Assembly: GCA_020630805.1 (NCBI GenBank)
Contig: JAHDIM010000003.1
Location: forward strand, 1 to 60,713
DNA from: Anaerolineales bacterium
GTDB lineage: Bacteria > Chloroflexota > Anaerolineae > Anaerolineales > UBA6668
Length of the DNA: 60,713 nucleotides
Direction of reading: 5' to 3'
Position 1 is the stretch's first letter. Every line of letters starts with the position of its first letter. The translations under genes were made by a program, and so were the position numbers. Below, in pieces: positions 39,471 through 48,193 of the stretch. Below the pieces are notes generated by a model. The model saw only the letters and a list, made by a program, of their open reading frames with translations, searched no databases and was not told where the DNA came from.

Positions 39471-40463
39471 TCAATCTAACGTAATTTCAGTTCCCGTTCG
39501 GATTGACTCTTCAATTGCTAAACACACGCGCATCACATGGAAGACATCAGCCTTCAACACATAGGGATTACGATCGTCACGAATTGCATCCACAAAATCA
39601 CGCACTAGTTCGCCTTTATCAACAGCGGGGTAGGCCTGATCGGTAATCATCGGGCTATCCTGATGTGCCCGCGACGTATAGTATTTGCCGCCCTCTAAGG
39701 TGTTCTCAAATGTCTTTTTCGCGCCGTATACGCTCATCCGATGGAAATGCGGGTAGACACAGCCAAAGTTTGCCGAAACCTTACCAACCACCCCATTTGC
39801 AAATTTGAGTAAGCAAACTGTGAAGTCATTATAGGCAAATGTTGTATCTGCTGAGACAATTTTATTTCCCATCGCAGAGACGGACGTCACTTTACTATCC
39901 ACTAGCCAGTACAGCAAGTCAATTACATGAATCGCTCCGCCAAAAGTCACTGAATAATAAGGGATCTGTCCGCGCCAGCCTGCAACAATTTTATGCAAGC
40001 GCCCATAATTGTAATCGCCTTCCACAAAATAGAGGTCACCGAATTCCCCAGCGTTAACCTGCTGTCTGAGATCTTGAAATCGCGGCGCTTGGCGCAAGAT
40101 CAAATTAGACGAGAGTTTTAGGTGCTTATGCTGAGCCGCTAACGCTTCAATTGCAGTCAGTTCTGCGGCGGTAAGGCAGATAGGTTTTTCAACAAAGACG
40201 TGCTTACCAGACGTCAGGGCTGCTTCAATTTGTTCAAAATGATGATTGTCATAAGACGCAATGACGACCGCATCAATTTGCGGATCGGCCAAGATAGCCG
40301 CTGCATCAGTATGCGAACGTGCCAAAGGAAATTGCGCGTGGACGGCGGCCAGCTTATCGGTATCAAAATCGGCAATCGCGAGCAATCTTGCATCTGGATG
40401 ACTTGCAATAGCATGGGCGTGCCGTTCGCCAACCCCAAGCCCAATAACGCCAAAGTTAATCAT
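39471..40463 (-). CDS. Gfo/Idh/MocA oxidoreductase
   Basis: GVIGLG.G, HVFVEKP, AIHVIDL. Confidence 0.9.
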   Translation of the reverse strand: MINFGVIGLGVGERHAHAIASHPDARLLAIADFDTDKLAAVHAQFPLARSHTDAAAILADPQIDAVVIASYDNHHFEQIEAALTSGKHVFVEKPICLTAAELTAIEALAAQHKHLKLSSNLILRQAPRFQDLRQQVNAGEFGDLYFVEGDYNYGRLHKIVAGWRGQIPYYSVTFGGAIHVIDLLYWLVDSKVTSVSAMGNKIVSADTTFAYNDFTVCLLKFANGVVGKVSANFGCVYPHFHRMSVYGAKKTFENTLEGGKYYTSRAHQDSPMITDQAYPAVDKGELVRDFVDAIRDDRNPYVLKADVFHVMRVCLAIEESIRTGTEITLD

Positions 40464-41151
40464 GATAAGTCTCTAAAAAAGCTTGATAACGTGCAACAAG
40501 GTCAGTTACATCTAACCGGCCAACGGGGTCAGCTATGGTTGCTAGGAAGGCATTCAAAATGTTGTAATCCTGCTGGGTGTCAACAGAAAGTTGTAAGTCA
40601 CCAGCGGCGAGACCACTAGTGAAGTTTTCAATGTTAAACGCCGCTGAATTACGGTAGAAGTAACGTGTGACATGCTCTTGATCTTGCGCATCAAAGGCTG
40701 CGATGTTGGCCTGAAATAAATCAGCCGTAACAACTTCAACAGACAACCCTTTCGGGTACGACCGCTCCAGCGTGTTGGTGACAATGTCACTCGTGCCGTG
40801 TTGATGCAGCTGAATTGCGCGTTCTACAATCGAGATATTTACAAGCGGGCTATCGCCACAAATGCGAACAAATGCTGCCGCCGGATATTGCGCAAGCACC
40901 GTCTGATAGCGCTGCGCAACATTTGCCAAAGCGCCCCGAACACAAGCAATATCATGCGTCGCACAATACGCCGCAATCGAGTCGTCTGACGGTTCGCTAG
41001 ACGTTGCAATCACAAAGCGATTGGCTAAAACTGACTGGTCTAAGGCGTCCGCCAAATGTTGTAACAACGGCTTACCCGCTAGCGGTAGCAACACCTTCCC
41101 CGGTAATCGGGTAGAAGACATTCGTGACTGAATAATGCCAATATAAGTCAT
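40456..41151 (-). CDS. spsF: SpsF-type acylneuraminate cytidylyltransferase
   Basis: IIQSRMSSTRLPGKVL, RICGDSP, YPKGLSVE, EHVT, SVDT..D. Confidence 0.85.
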   Translation of the reverse strand: MTYIGIIQSRMSSTRLPGKVLLPLAGKPLLQHLADALDQSVLANRFVIATSSEPSDDSIAAYCATHDIACVRGALANVAQRYQTVLAQYPAAAFVRICGDSPLVNISIVERAIQLHQHGTSDIVTNTLERSYPKGLSVEVVTADLFQANIAAFDAQDQEHVTRYFYRNSAAFNIENFTSGLAAGDLQLSVDTQQDYNILNAFLATIADPVGRLDVTDLVARYQAFLETYHD

Positions 41152-41187
41152 CAAAAAGTTACCCGCTATAGCAGCAGGTGCGCCCGG

Positions 41188-42237
41188 CTAAGACGCAATC
41201 AGCTCCCAAGAAAGCGGTGTACCAGCAGCAACATCTGCTAGGCACTTACGCCCAATAACTGCCTCATAATTGCGCGTGTGTAACCCATGTGCTGGCCGCA
41301 CGGAGCGCACATTCTCAGCCGTAAACACCTCGCCAGCTTTAATGTCTTTGGAAACAAATAAAGACCGTCTAAACTTGATCGTCGCTTTCTCTTTATCTGT
41401 GCGTTGATACTTGATTTCACCCAAGGCTTTTTCTGTGGTTCTAATGGCCGTCACCATTGCTTTAAATTCGGCCGGTTCCATTGAAAACGCACGGTCAGCC
41501 GTCGGCATCTCACGTGATAATGTGAAGTGCTTTTCTACAATACAGGCGCCTAATGCCACCGCTGCTACAGGGATCGTTGCCCCCATCGTATGGTCAGACA
41601 AGCCACTGGGCACATTAAATGTTTTCGCCAAATGTGGAATTGTAGACAAGTTCATTTCTTCAGGAATAGCTGGATAGGAGCTCGTGCATTTCAACAATGC
41701 CAATTGTTCACACCCTGCCGCACGGGCAGCGGTAACGGCTTCGTCAATTTCCGCTAAGGTTGCCATGCCGGTTGACATAATAATCGGCTTGCCCGTTTGT
41801 GCCACGTACTTAATAAGCTGTACGTCTACATTTTCGAAAGACGCAATCTTGAAGACCGGCACATCCATCTCATTTAGAAAGTCAACAGCGGTCAGGTCAA
41901 ACGGCGATGAAAAACAATGAAGCCCTAAGTCTTCTGCAATTGCTTTCAGCTTAGGTTGCCATTCCCAAGGTGTGTATGCAGTTTGGTACAAATCGTAAAG
42001 GTGTTGACCTTCCCAAATTGTGCCGCTTTGCAAAAATAAATCACTATGACAATTAAGCGTAATCGTATCTGGAGTGTAGGTTTGTAATTTGATAGCATCT
42101 GCACCAGCGGCCTTAGCAGCTTCAACAATTCGGACGGCTACGTCAAAATCTTGCATATGGTTGGCAGACATTTCAGCAATTACATACGTGGGATGACCGG
42201 GGCCGATTTTACGGCCAGCAATTTCAATAAAATTCAT
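41188..42237 (-). CDS. pseI: Pseudaminic acid synthase
   Basis: AEMSANH, KLQTYTPDT, TPWEW, KIASFE, LLKCTSSYP, SDHT, EKHFT, D.AFSMEP.EF, FRRSL, VRP..GL are PseI-type signatures. Confidence 0.9.
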   Translation of the reverse strand: MNFIEIAGRKIGPGHPTYVIAEMSANHMQDFDVAVRIVEAAKAAGADAIKLQTYTPDTITLNCHSDLFLQSGTIWEGQHLYDLYQTAYTPWEWQPKLKAIAEDLGLHCFSSPFDLTAVDFLNEMDVPVFKIASFENVDVQLIKYVAQTGKPIIMSTGMATLAEIDEAVTAARAAGCEQLALLKCTSSYPAIPEEMNLSTIPHLAKTFNVPSGLSDHTMGATIPVAAVALGACIVEKHFTLSREMPTADRAFSMEPAEFKAMVTAIRTTEKALGEIKYQRTDKEKATIKFRRSLFVSKDIKAGEVFTAENVRSVRPAHGLHTRNYEAVIGRKCLADVAAGTPLSWELIAS

Positions 42238-42246
42238 AGGGATGCG

Positions 42247-42945
42247 TTAAAGCGTTAACAAAGCCGCAAGTGTAGGAACCTGCGTTGCAGCTTGATAGAG
42301 CGGGTCAGTTGGTATGGGTGTTGTTGCTGGGAAGCCTACTCTCACAGGTCCAGAACGCGTAATGTGCACGCTAAGCATTTGTAACTGATTAGGCGCAAGA
42401 AAGTCTTTGGCGGGGTTGTCTCCGACGTACATAGCCCTTTGCGGCGCACAATTTAGGGTTTGCAAGGCGTATCGGTAAGGCACGTCAGAGGGTTTCCAAC
42501 AAGATTTGCCGAGATCATCAGTACAGATGACCATATCAACATATGGTTCAACGGCCAAGGCCTGAATCTTACGCCATTGCACAGAGGCTTTCCCATCGGT
42601 AATGATGCCGAGTTTATGGCCGCGTTTACGAGCAGTGACGAGGAAGTCTACGGTATCAGGATAAAACGAAAGTGCAGGCGTGTGCGTGCGGTACAGATAA
42701 ATAAGCGCCCGCACATTTAGAGGTGTTTCGAGGTTGTAACGGCGTAAGATAGCGTTGAAAATCTTACCGCGTCCGTCTTGTTCTAGATATTCAACAAGCT
42801 GCGCATAGAGCTGCGCTTCGGTCTCGTCTACTTTTGCAGCAAGGTACTGCGCAACAGCCCGTAAACCGCTGTAAACAAACGCAACTTCCGGGTAAAGGGT
42901 GTCATCAAGATCGAGTAAGATGCAATCATACTCATTTAATAACAT
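42247..42945 (-). CDS. HAD-superfamily hydrolase
   Basis: LDLDDTLY, ITDG, KP, YVGDNPAKDF. Confidence 0.9.
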   Translation of the reverse strand: MLLNEYDCILLDLDDTLYPEVAFVYSGLRAVAQYLAAKVDETEAQLYAQLVEYLEQDGRGKIFNAILRRYNLETPLNVRALIYLYRTHTPALSFYPDTVDFLVTARKRGHKLGIITDGKASVQWRKIQALAVEPYVDMVICTDDLGKSCWKPSDVPYRYALQTLNCAPQRAMYVGDNPAKDFLAPNQLQMLSVHITRSGPVRVGFPATTPIPTDPLYQAATQVPTLAALLTL

Positions 42946-43900
42946 CGCCTTTCCTTACAAACACATCTTGTGTATAGCGGATCATCACTAAGTCGCGTTC
43001 AAACTCACCAATAATTGGCGTTACAGTTTGCCCTTGCAACAGTTGCAACAGCATTAGCGGTGAATTTGCGCCAGCCGCAAAGCTTAGGCTAGAGCCACCG
43101 CCATAGCGCGGATTGACCTCGATGAACAATACATTTTCGCCATCAAAAAAGCATTGGAAGGCGTTGTGCCCAATTAGGCCCATGCTAGCCGCCAAGCGGG
43201 CAGATTCTTGGATCAGGATCTCATTGTAGAAGGTCTGCCCAATAAATGATTCCCCACCAAACACAGACAACCGCCGGCGTGGCACAACAGAAAGAACATT
43301 TCCATCTAGGTCTGAAAACAGATCAATTGTAAATTCAGGCACATCAATATATTCCTGAATAACAGAGTCTTCGCCAAATTGTTCTAGCAGGTGGCGTAGT
43401 GCTTCGGGCGAATCGGCTTTGGCAGCAAAACGGCTGCTTTTGCTCTTGCGTGCCCGCACAAAGACCGGGTACTTTTGCCCTTCAGCAAAAGGCGTATCGA
43501 CAACTTCAGCAACCTTAAATCCGTTAGAAATACAGAATTGAACAAACTTATATTTATCTTGGCAGGCATCTACTACGTCCAGGTCTGGCACGAGAGTCGT
43601 GATCCCTAACTTGGCGTAATAGTCGCTATACGTCGCGAAATGCGGTAAGTCTTCATCCCGGGTGGGGATGATAAGCGTAACATTCTCGGCCTTACAGATT
43701 TCAACAATAGCATCGTTAAATCCCGGCGCTTCAGACTTTGGAACAACATGCGAATTATCAGAAAAGTACAAGGATGCAGAAAGCGGCTTGCTGTCAACGA
43801 CAACGAGCTTACCTGCTCCATTTGTAACTTCTGATAGCGCCTCTTGGAAACTTTTTACCAAAGAAACCTTTCTAGACGCACTAGTGATCAAAACATTCAT
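42932..43900 (-). CDS. ATP-grasp ligase (CarB-like single domain)
   Basis: IIPTRD, DKY, IQEYI..EFTID, FIEVNPRYGGG. Confidence 0.88.
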   Translation of the reverse strand: MNVLITSASRKVSLVKSFQEALSEVTNGAGKLVVVDSKPLSASLYFSDNSHVVPKSEAPGFNDAIVEICKAENVTLIIPTRDEDLPHFATYSDYYAKLGITTLVPDLDVVDACQDKYKFVQFCISNGFKVAEVVDTPFAEGQKYPVFVRARKSKSSRFAAKADSPEALRHLLEQFGEDSVIQEYIDVPEFTIDLFSDLDGNVLSVVPRRRLSVFGGESFIGQTFYNEILIQESARLAASMGLIGHNAFQCFFDGENVLFIEVNPRYGGGSSLSFAAGANSPLMLLQLLQGQTVTPIIGEFERDLVMIRYTQDVFVRKGDVIK

Positions 43901-43995
43901 TGAGTATTACAACGCACTGTCTGAAAAATCACGCTTGGCCTCAACAACGCTAAACACACTTACTTTTGAGATGAACGTGAAAAAAACAACCACAA

Positions 43996-44682
43996 CTACA
44001 GTGAAACAACCTGCCGAATAATGCAAAATGCTTCAGCAAAATCGAGACCCGTCATAGACCCGAAGTAGCGTGCTTGGCTACGCAACGCTTCTGGAGATCT
44101 CGGATGTGGGAAGGCCCGCACCTCACTTTCATACATCTGAATGCCGTGAATTTTGTCTTCAATCGTATTTGAAATATCGACAAATAAGTTAGGTTCGAAT
44201 TTGGGTGCAAATTGCTGGAACGCCCACTCAGTAGAAGATGCAACTTGGTATGAGTACACATTCTTGATTGAGGACCCTTTCATTGGGCGGGTTGCAGTTA
44301 GAACAGAGCGGTATGTCTGCACGTGGTCAATATTCAGATCGCCCCCGTGTTGGGTAAACACTGTGGTGGGTTGCAGTTTTTCAACCAGTGTTTCTACAAT
44401 TTTCACGATATCAAGCAGCGGCACCATGTCAAAGCGATTGTCTGGCAGGCCGTACATGAATAGGTCTTTGGCACCTAAATACTCAGCAACCGCCTTGCTG
44501 TTGGCGTTCAATGCGTCAATCAAGGATTGGTCGGCAATTTCGCGGTCGTTGTAGCGTGAAGTAATCCCTTCACCTAAGATCGCAATATAAACATCTTCAC
44601 CTTCAGATGTTAACCGTTTGATTGTCCCGCCACATCCTAGAACTTCATCATCAGGATGGGCTGCAATTACGAGTGTTGTCAT
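43996..44682 (-). CDS. PIG-L family N-deacetylase
   Basis: AAHPDDEVLGCGG, DLNIDH, PHPRS, AEAF. Confidence 0.92.
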   Translation of the reverse strand: MTTLVIAAHPDDEVLGCGGTIKRLTSEGEDVYIAILGEGITSRYNDREIADQSLIDALNANSKAVAEYLGAKDLFMYGLPDNRFDMVPLLDIVKIVETLVEKLQPTTVFTQHGGDLNIDHVQTYRSVLTATRPMKGSSIKNVYSYQVASSTEWAFQQFAPKFEPNLFVDISNTIEDKIHGIQMYESEVRAFPHPRSPEALRSQARYFGSMTGLDFAEAFCIIRQVVSL

Positions 44683-44686
44683 GAAA

Positions 44687-45382
44687 TCAGTTTCCGGTCA
44701 GTAAAATAGGTCGGCTCTCTGGGCCGTGATTTACAAGTAAATCAATCAAAGACATATAAGGCATAAAATCCTGATGTGTCAATTGAGTATAAACTGGGTG
44801 ATTATAATCTTGATAAGACACCTGAACACCCTCAGTTTCAAATTTGCTCTGATCTAGATAGTCGCGCCCTAATGCTCCGGAGAGATAGTGTTCGGCACCG
44901 ACTGCTTTGCAGATGTCTAATATCAAATCACTTTTAGTTGACGTAAGATCGAGTTGCGAACTATACACAAGATGTGTATTGATTTGCAATGTTTCTAAAA
45001 AATACGTATCAAATGCGCGGCATAGGCGTGCAAGAGACCGCCAATCTTGCGCATATAAGTGTTCTAAAAACGGCGCATGGTCTGCCCAAAACGGCGCTTT
45101 TTGGTAATTTTGCTGGAGCGTTGCCCAGTGTTTACGACGCCACTTTGTTTGGTTGGCGTCAATTTCTAAGGTGTTTATGGGCAAAGCCCCAAACTTGCCA
45201 CGTGTTTTCACCGGAACGGTAAGCCAAGTGGCTGTTTTACCTGTACGCACCTTATTACGGTTGATAAAACTATTTTTTTCAAACTGCACATGGTCAAGTA
45301 CAACGTGTACATCACTTGTTGCAATCCGGGCAAAATACCCAAGCCAAGGCAAATACGCTGGCTGGTTGATGGAAACAAGCAT
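44687..45382 (-). CDS. wbqC: WbqC-family protein
   Basis: INQPAYLPWLGYF, DHVQF, NRN, YLSG..G..Y, Y.HPVY.Q, SLIDLL.N.G. Confidence 0.88.
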   Translation of the reverse strand: MLVSINQPAYLPWLGYFARIATSDVHVVLDHVQFEKNSFINRNKVRTGKTATWLTVPVKTRGKFGALPINTLEIDANQTKWRRKHWATLQQNYQKAPFWADHAPFLEHLYAQDWRSLARLCRAFDTYFLETLQINTHLVYSSQLDLTSTKSDLILDICKAVGAEHYLSGALGRDYLDQSKFETEGVQVSYQDYNHPVYTQLTHQDFMPYMSLIDLLVNHGPESRPILLTGN

Positions 45383-45388
45383 CGGTGA

Positions 45389-46006
45389 CTAGCGGTACAT
45401 GTACACAGTAAAGTCATGACCCAAATAATCATGACGCAGGATAACGTTGCGTGTCAATGTCTGGCAGAAAGCCAACACGCGGCTGGGATCTGCGTAAAAC
45501 TCACCAGGCTCCAACGTATCTGCTAGGCTGCTTAGAGAGTTGAAGATCAGCCCCTTTTTAGAAAGCGCAAACATCCGTGCAACAAGCGTTTGCATATAGT
45601 CTTCTGCGGCTTCCCCTAGCAAATAAAAGATACCGTTGGCGGTAACGTAATCAAATGTAACATCAAACTCCAATTCGCAGATATCACCGCGATAGAAGGT
45701 CAACGCTGGGTGCAGTTCACGGGCGTTGTCGATCATTTGTTGAGAAAGATCTAACCCATAGTAACTAATATTTGATTGTCCATTTGCCTGTAAGTAATCG
45801 GCATAGTCTGCAAACCCACAGCCAACATCTAATAAGTTGAGCGCGCTGGTTTCTCTGATGCCTGCACTGATTACTTCAAACTTAGCCAATTGGGAGCTTG
45901 CACGCCCATAATCACATGCGCGCGGATCATGCCCGTATTGGTTAATAAGCGCGCTATAGTAATTTTCAATATCAGATTGCTTGGCTTTCCAGTCTTGACT
46001 ATTCAT
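45389..46006 (-). CDS. Class I SAM-dependent methyltransferase
   Basis: LDVGCGFAD, YYGLD, ANGIF, RHDY..HDF. Confidence 0.85.
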   Translation of the reverse strand: MNSQDWKAKQSDIENYYSALINQYGHDPRACDYGRASSQLAKFEVISAGIRETSALNLLDVGCGFADYADYLQANGQSNISYYGLDLSQQMIDNARELHPALTFYRGDICELEFDVTFDYVTANGIFYLLGEAAEDYMQTLVARMFALSKKGLIFNSLSSLADTLEPGEFYADPSRVLAFCQTLTRNVILRHDYLGHDFTVYMYR

Positions 46007-47045
46007 TTGAGTACGAAACGATCACTTCTTGCAGGTTACTTACAACATACGCCAATTCTGTATCTGTTAGCGTTGGATACAAAGGAATTGAGAGCACCTG
46101 ATTATAGGCGCTTTTCGCGTTATGTGTATGGGCAAGCGGATAAAGGTCTGTACTCCAATCTTCAATGGGCGGGTAGGTAGTAATACCCCGGTCAGATAAA
46201 GCGGATTGGATCTCTAAAAAAGGCAATTCAGCGAGGTCAATTACGAAACGGTACCAAACGCGATTTGGGGTAGCAGGCGGCAGGCTAATCACCGGCAGCG
46301 CCGCAAAGCTGGCTAAGTAGCAATCCGCAAGCCGTTGCCGCTGCGTAACAAACTCTTGATATTTTTGTAATTGCACCGTGGTAACGGCCGCTTCAAGGTC
46401 AGACATTTTGTCATTCAGGCGCTGCGGGTGCGGCTTTTTATCGGTGTAATCCCGCCAGTCCAGTACAAAGTCGTAAAGCGCCTTTGTATTTGTAAGTACG
46501 GCCCCACCTTCGCCACCACCAATCATTTTTGTTGCATAGAAAGACGTAATGCGGATATCTGCCGTAACGTTTTGCAACGGAAACCCATGGGCGCAGTCTT
46601 CAATAATTGGCATACCAAGCAGTGCTAAGCGGGCAATATCTGCCGGATAGCCAAAGGTATTGACGGCGATAATTGCCTGCGTCTTAGCAGTAATTGCAGC
46701 CGCCGCTAACGCTGGATCGATGCACAATGTATCGTGCTCCACGTCTACGGCAATCGGCACAGCCCCAACAGCAAGCACAGCATTGATAATCGCAACACAG
46801 CTGTACCCCGGCACAATCACTTCCCCCTCAGCAGTCACGCCCAGTGCTAGCAGTGCTAAGCGTAATGCAGAAACGCCAGACGCAACGGCAACAGCAAAAT
46901 TCATACCGCCTAACGTTGCAACAGAGGTTTCGACTGCAAGTACCGCATCACCGCCCGCCCAGTAACCAGACGCCGCAGTGCGTTCAGCAGCCGCGACCTC
47001 GCGCTGATCAAAAGTAAGCCGGTTGTGTGGAATATGTAATGCCAT
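45999..47045 (-). CDS. DegT/DnrJ/EryC1/StrS aminotransferase
   Basis: ASGVSAL, IIEDCAH, SFYATKMIGGGEGG, LSIPLYP. Confidence 0.88.
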   Translation of the reverse strand: MALHIPHNRLTFDQREVAAAERTAASGYWAGGDAVLAVETSVATLGGMNFAVAVASGVSALRLALLALGVTAEGEVIVPGYSCVAIINAVLAVGAVPIAVDVEHDTLCIDPALAAAAITAKTQAIIAVNTFGYPADIARLALLGMPIIEDCAHGFPLQNVTADIRITSFYATKMIGGGEGGAVLTNTKALYDFVLDWRDYTDKKPHPQRLNDKMSDLEAAVTTVQLQKYQEFVTQRQRLADCYLASFAALPVISLPPATPNRVWYRFVIDLAELPFLEIQSALSDRGITTYPPIEDWSTDLYPLAHTHNAKSAYNQVLSIPLYPTLTDTELAYVVSNLQEVIVSYSNE

Positions 47046-47055
47046 GCGGGCCTAA

Positions 47056-47514
47056 TTATGTACGGGGTAGCACATAATGCAAAATATCAGCGTCTGTTTT
47101 AGTGGGATTTGGCACAAACCCAACTTTAGAGAAAGACGCAACAGATGCCTGATTAGTGGGAAGAATTTCGGCATCAATTTGCGCAATTGGCCATGCCGCA
47201 AACGCCATTTCACAGCCAAGCCGCAAAGCACGCGTCCCTAAACCCTGGCCAATATAGTCCCGCTGCAAATAAATAGAGACTTCAGCAGCAGCTAACGTGC
47301 GTGCAAAGCGCACTGTTCCAATTGGCACATCTCCAGCGGACGTGGTGAGGGTCGGGATATAAAATAGCCAGTCTGGGCTAGCAACAACGCGGGTAAACCA
47401 AGCAGTATGTTCTGCCAAGGTAACTTTACGGTTCAACGTTCCTAAAGAAACAATCCAATCGCTATTACGCCATGCAAACACTAGCGGCAAATCCGCCGCT
47501 GTTGCTAGGCGCAT
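47056..47514 (-). CDS. GNAT N-acyltransferase, PseH-like
   Basis: WRN, EH.AWF, IGTVRF, EVSIY, GQGLG, N.ASV..F.K.GF. Start moved to ATG 47514; TTG 47520 is also possible. Confidence 0.8.
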   Translation of the reverse strand: MRLATAADLPLVFAWRNSDWIVSLGTLNRKVTLAEHTAWFTRVVASPDWLFYIPTLTTSAGDVPIGTVRFARTLAAAEVSIYLQRDYIGQGLGTRALRLGCEMAFAAWPIAQIDAEILPTNQASVASFSKVGFVPNPTKTDADILHYVLPRT

Positions 47515-47527
47515 ACGCAATGTAGGC

Positions 47528-48193
47528 TCACTTCTTTTCAACAACGACTCTCCATTCAGCATGTTGGCTATTGTCAGCACCAACCTGATTATTCCAGAGC
47601 GTTTCTTCACAAGTGTGCATGTGCCAATTGGCAACCGGGAACATCTCCATAATCATAGCTTGAGTATAAAAACAAATTGCGCCAACACCGGTTAGGTTGC
47701 CTTGCGTAATTTCTGTATTCAGCCCGCTTTTGCCAGCTGCACTCGTATGACTAACAGAATACACATTAAAAAAGAATTTACCGCCAGCTTTTAGTGTTCT
47801 ATGCACTTCAGCGACAGCTTGTTGCGCTTGCGCGTAAGCACAGCAGGTAATCCCAGCACGGTCAATCGCCAGATGAAATACGGCATCCTCAAAAGGAAGG
47901 CTTGTAAAGTCGGCGACACGCAAATCTGCGGTGAGACCTTCTTCTACAAAGCGCTGTTTTGCATACTCGATTGCGGTTGTGCTGCCATCAATGCCAGAGA
48001 CAGAAAACCCTTCGCGGGCCGCAAACCAAAGATTACCTGCCGTTCCACAGGCAACTTCTAAAATTTCAACCTGATTGCGTTCAATGTCGCGCGGGGCATT
48101 CCGGAAAACAAATGACACAACCGCATCCCATGGATAGCGATTCCTATGCCCTTGTGAATAGAGCTCATTCCAGATTGGGTCAAATGCGGTCAT
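47528..48193 (-). CDS. Class I SAM-dependent methyltransferase
   Basis: RYPWD.VV.F, LEVACGTAGN, GIDGS, LPF, LKAGG. ATGA overlap at 48190-48193. Confidence 0.87.
   Translation of the reverse strand: MTAFDPIWNELYSQGHRNRYPWDAVVSFVFRNAPRDIERNQVEILEVACGTAGNLWFAAREGFSVSGIDGSTTAIEYAKQRFVEEGLTADLRVADFTSLPFEDAVFHLAIDRAGITCCAYAQAQQAVAEVHRTLKAGGKFFFNVYSVSHTSAAGKSGLNTEITQGNLTGVGAICFYTQAMIMEMFPVANWHMHTCEETLWNNQVGADNSQHAEWRVVVEKK

Noticed and set aside
33678-43900. Housekeeping asparagine synthetase and carbamoyl-phosphate synthase
   Set aside because: The ATP-grasp protein is a single ~320-aa domain with no CarA. Both genes are embedded in sugar-modification modules.
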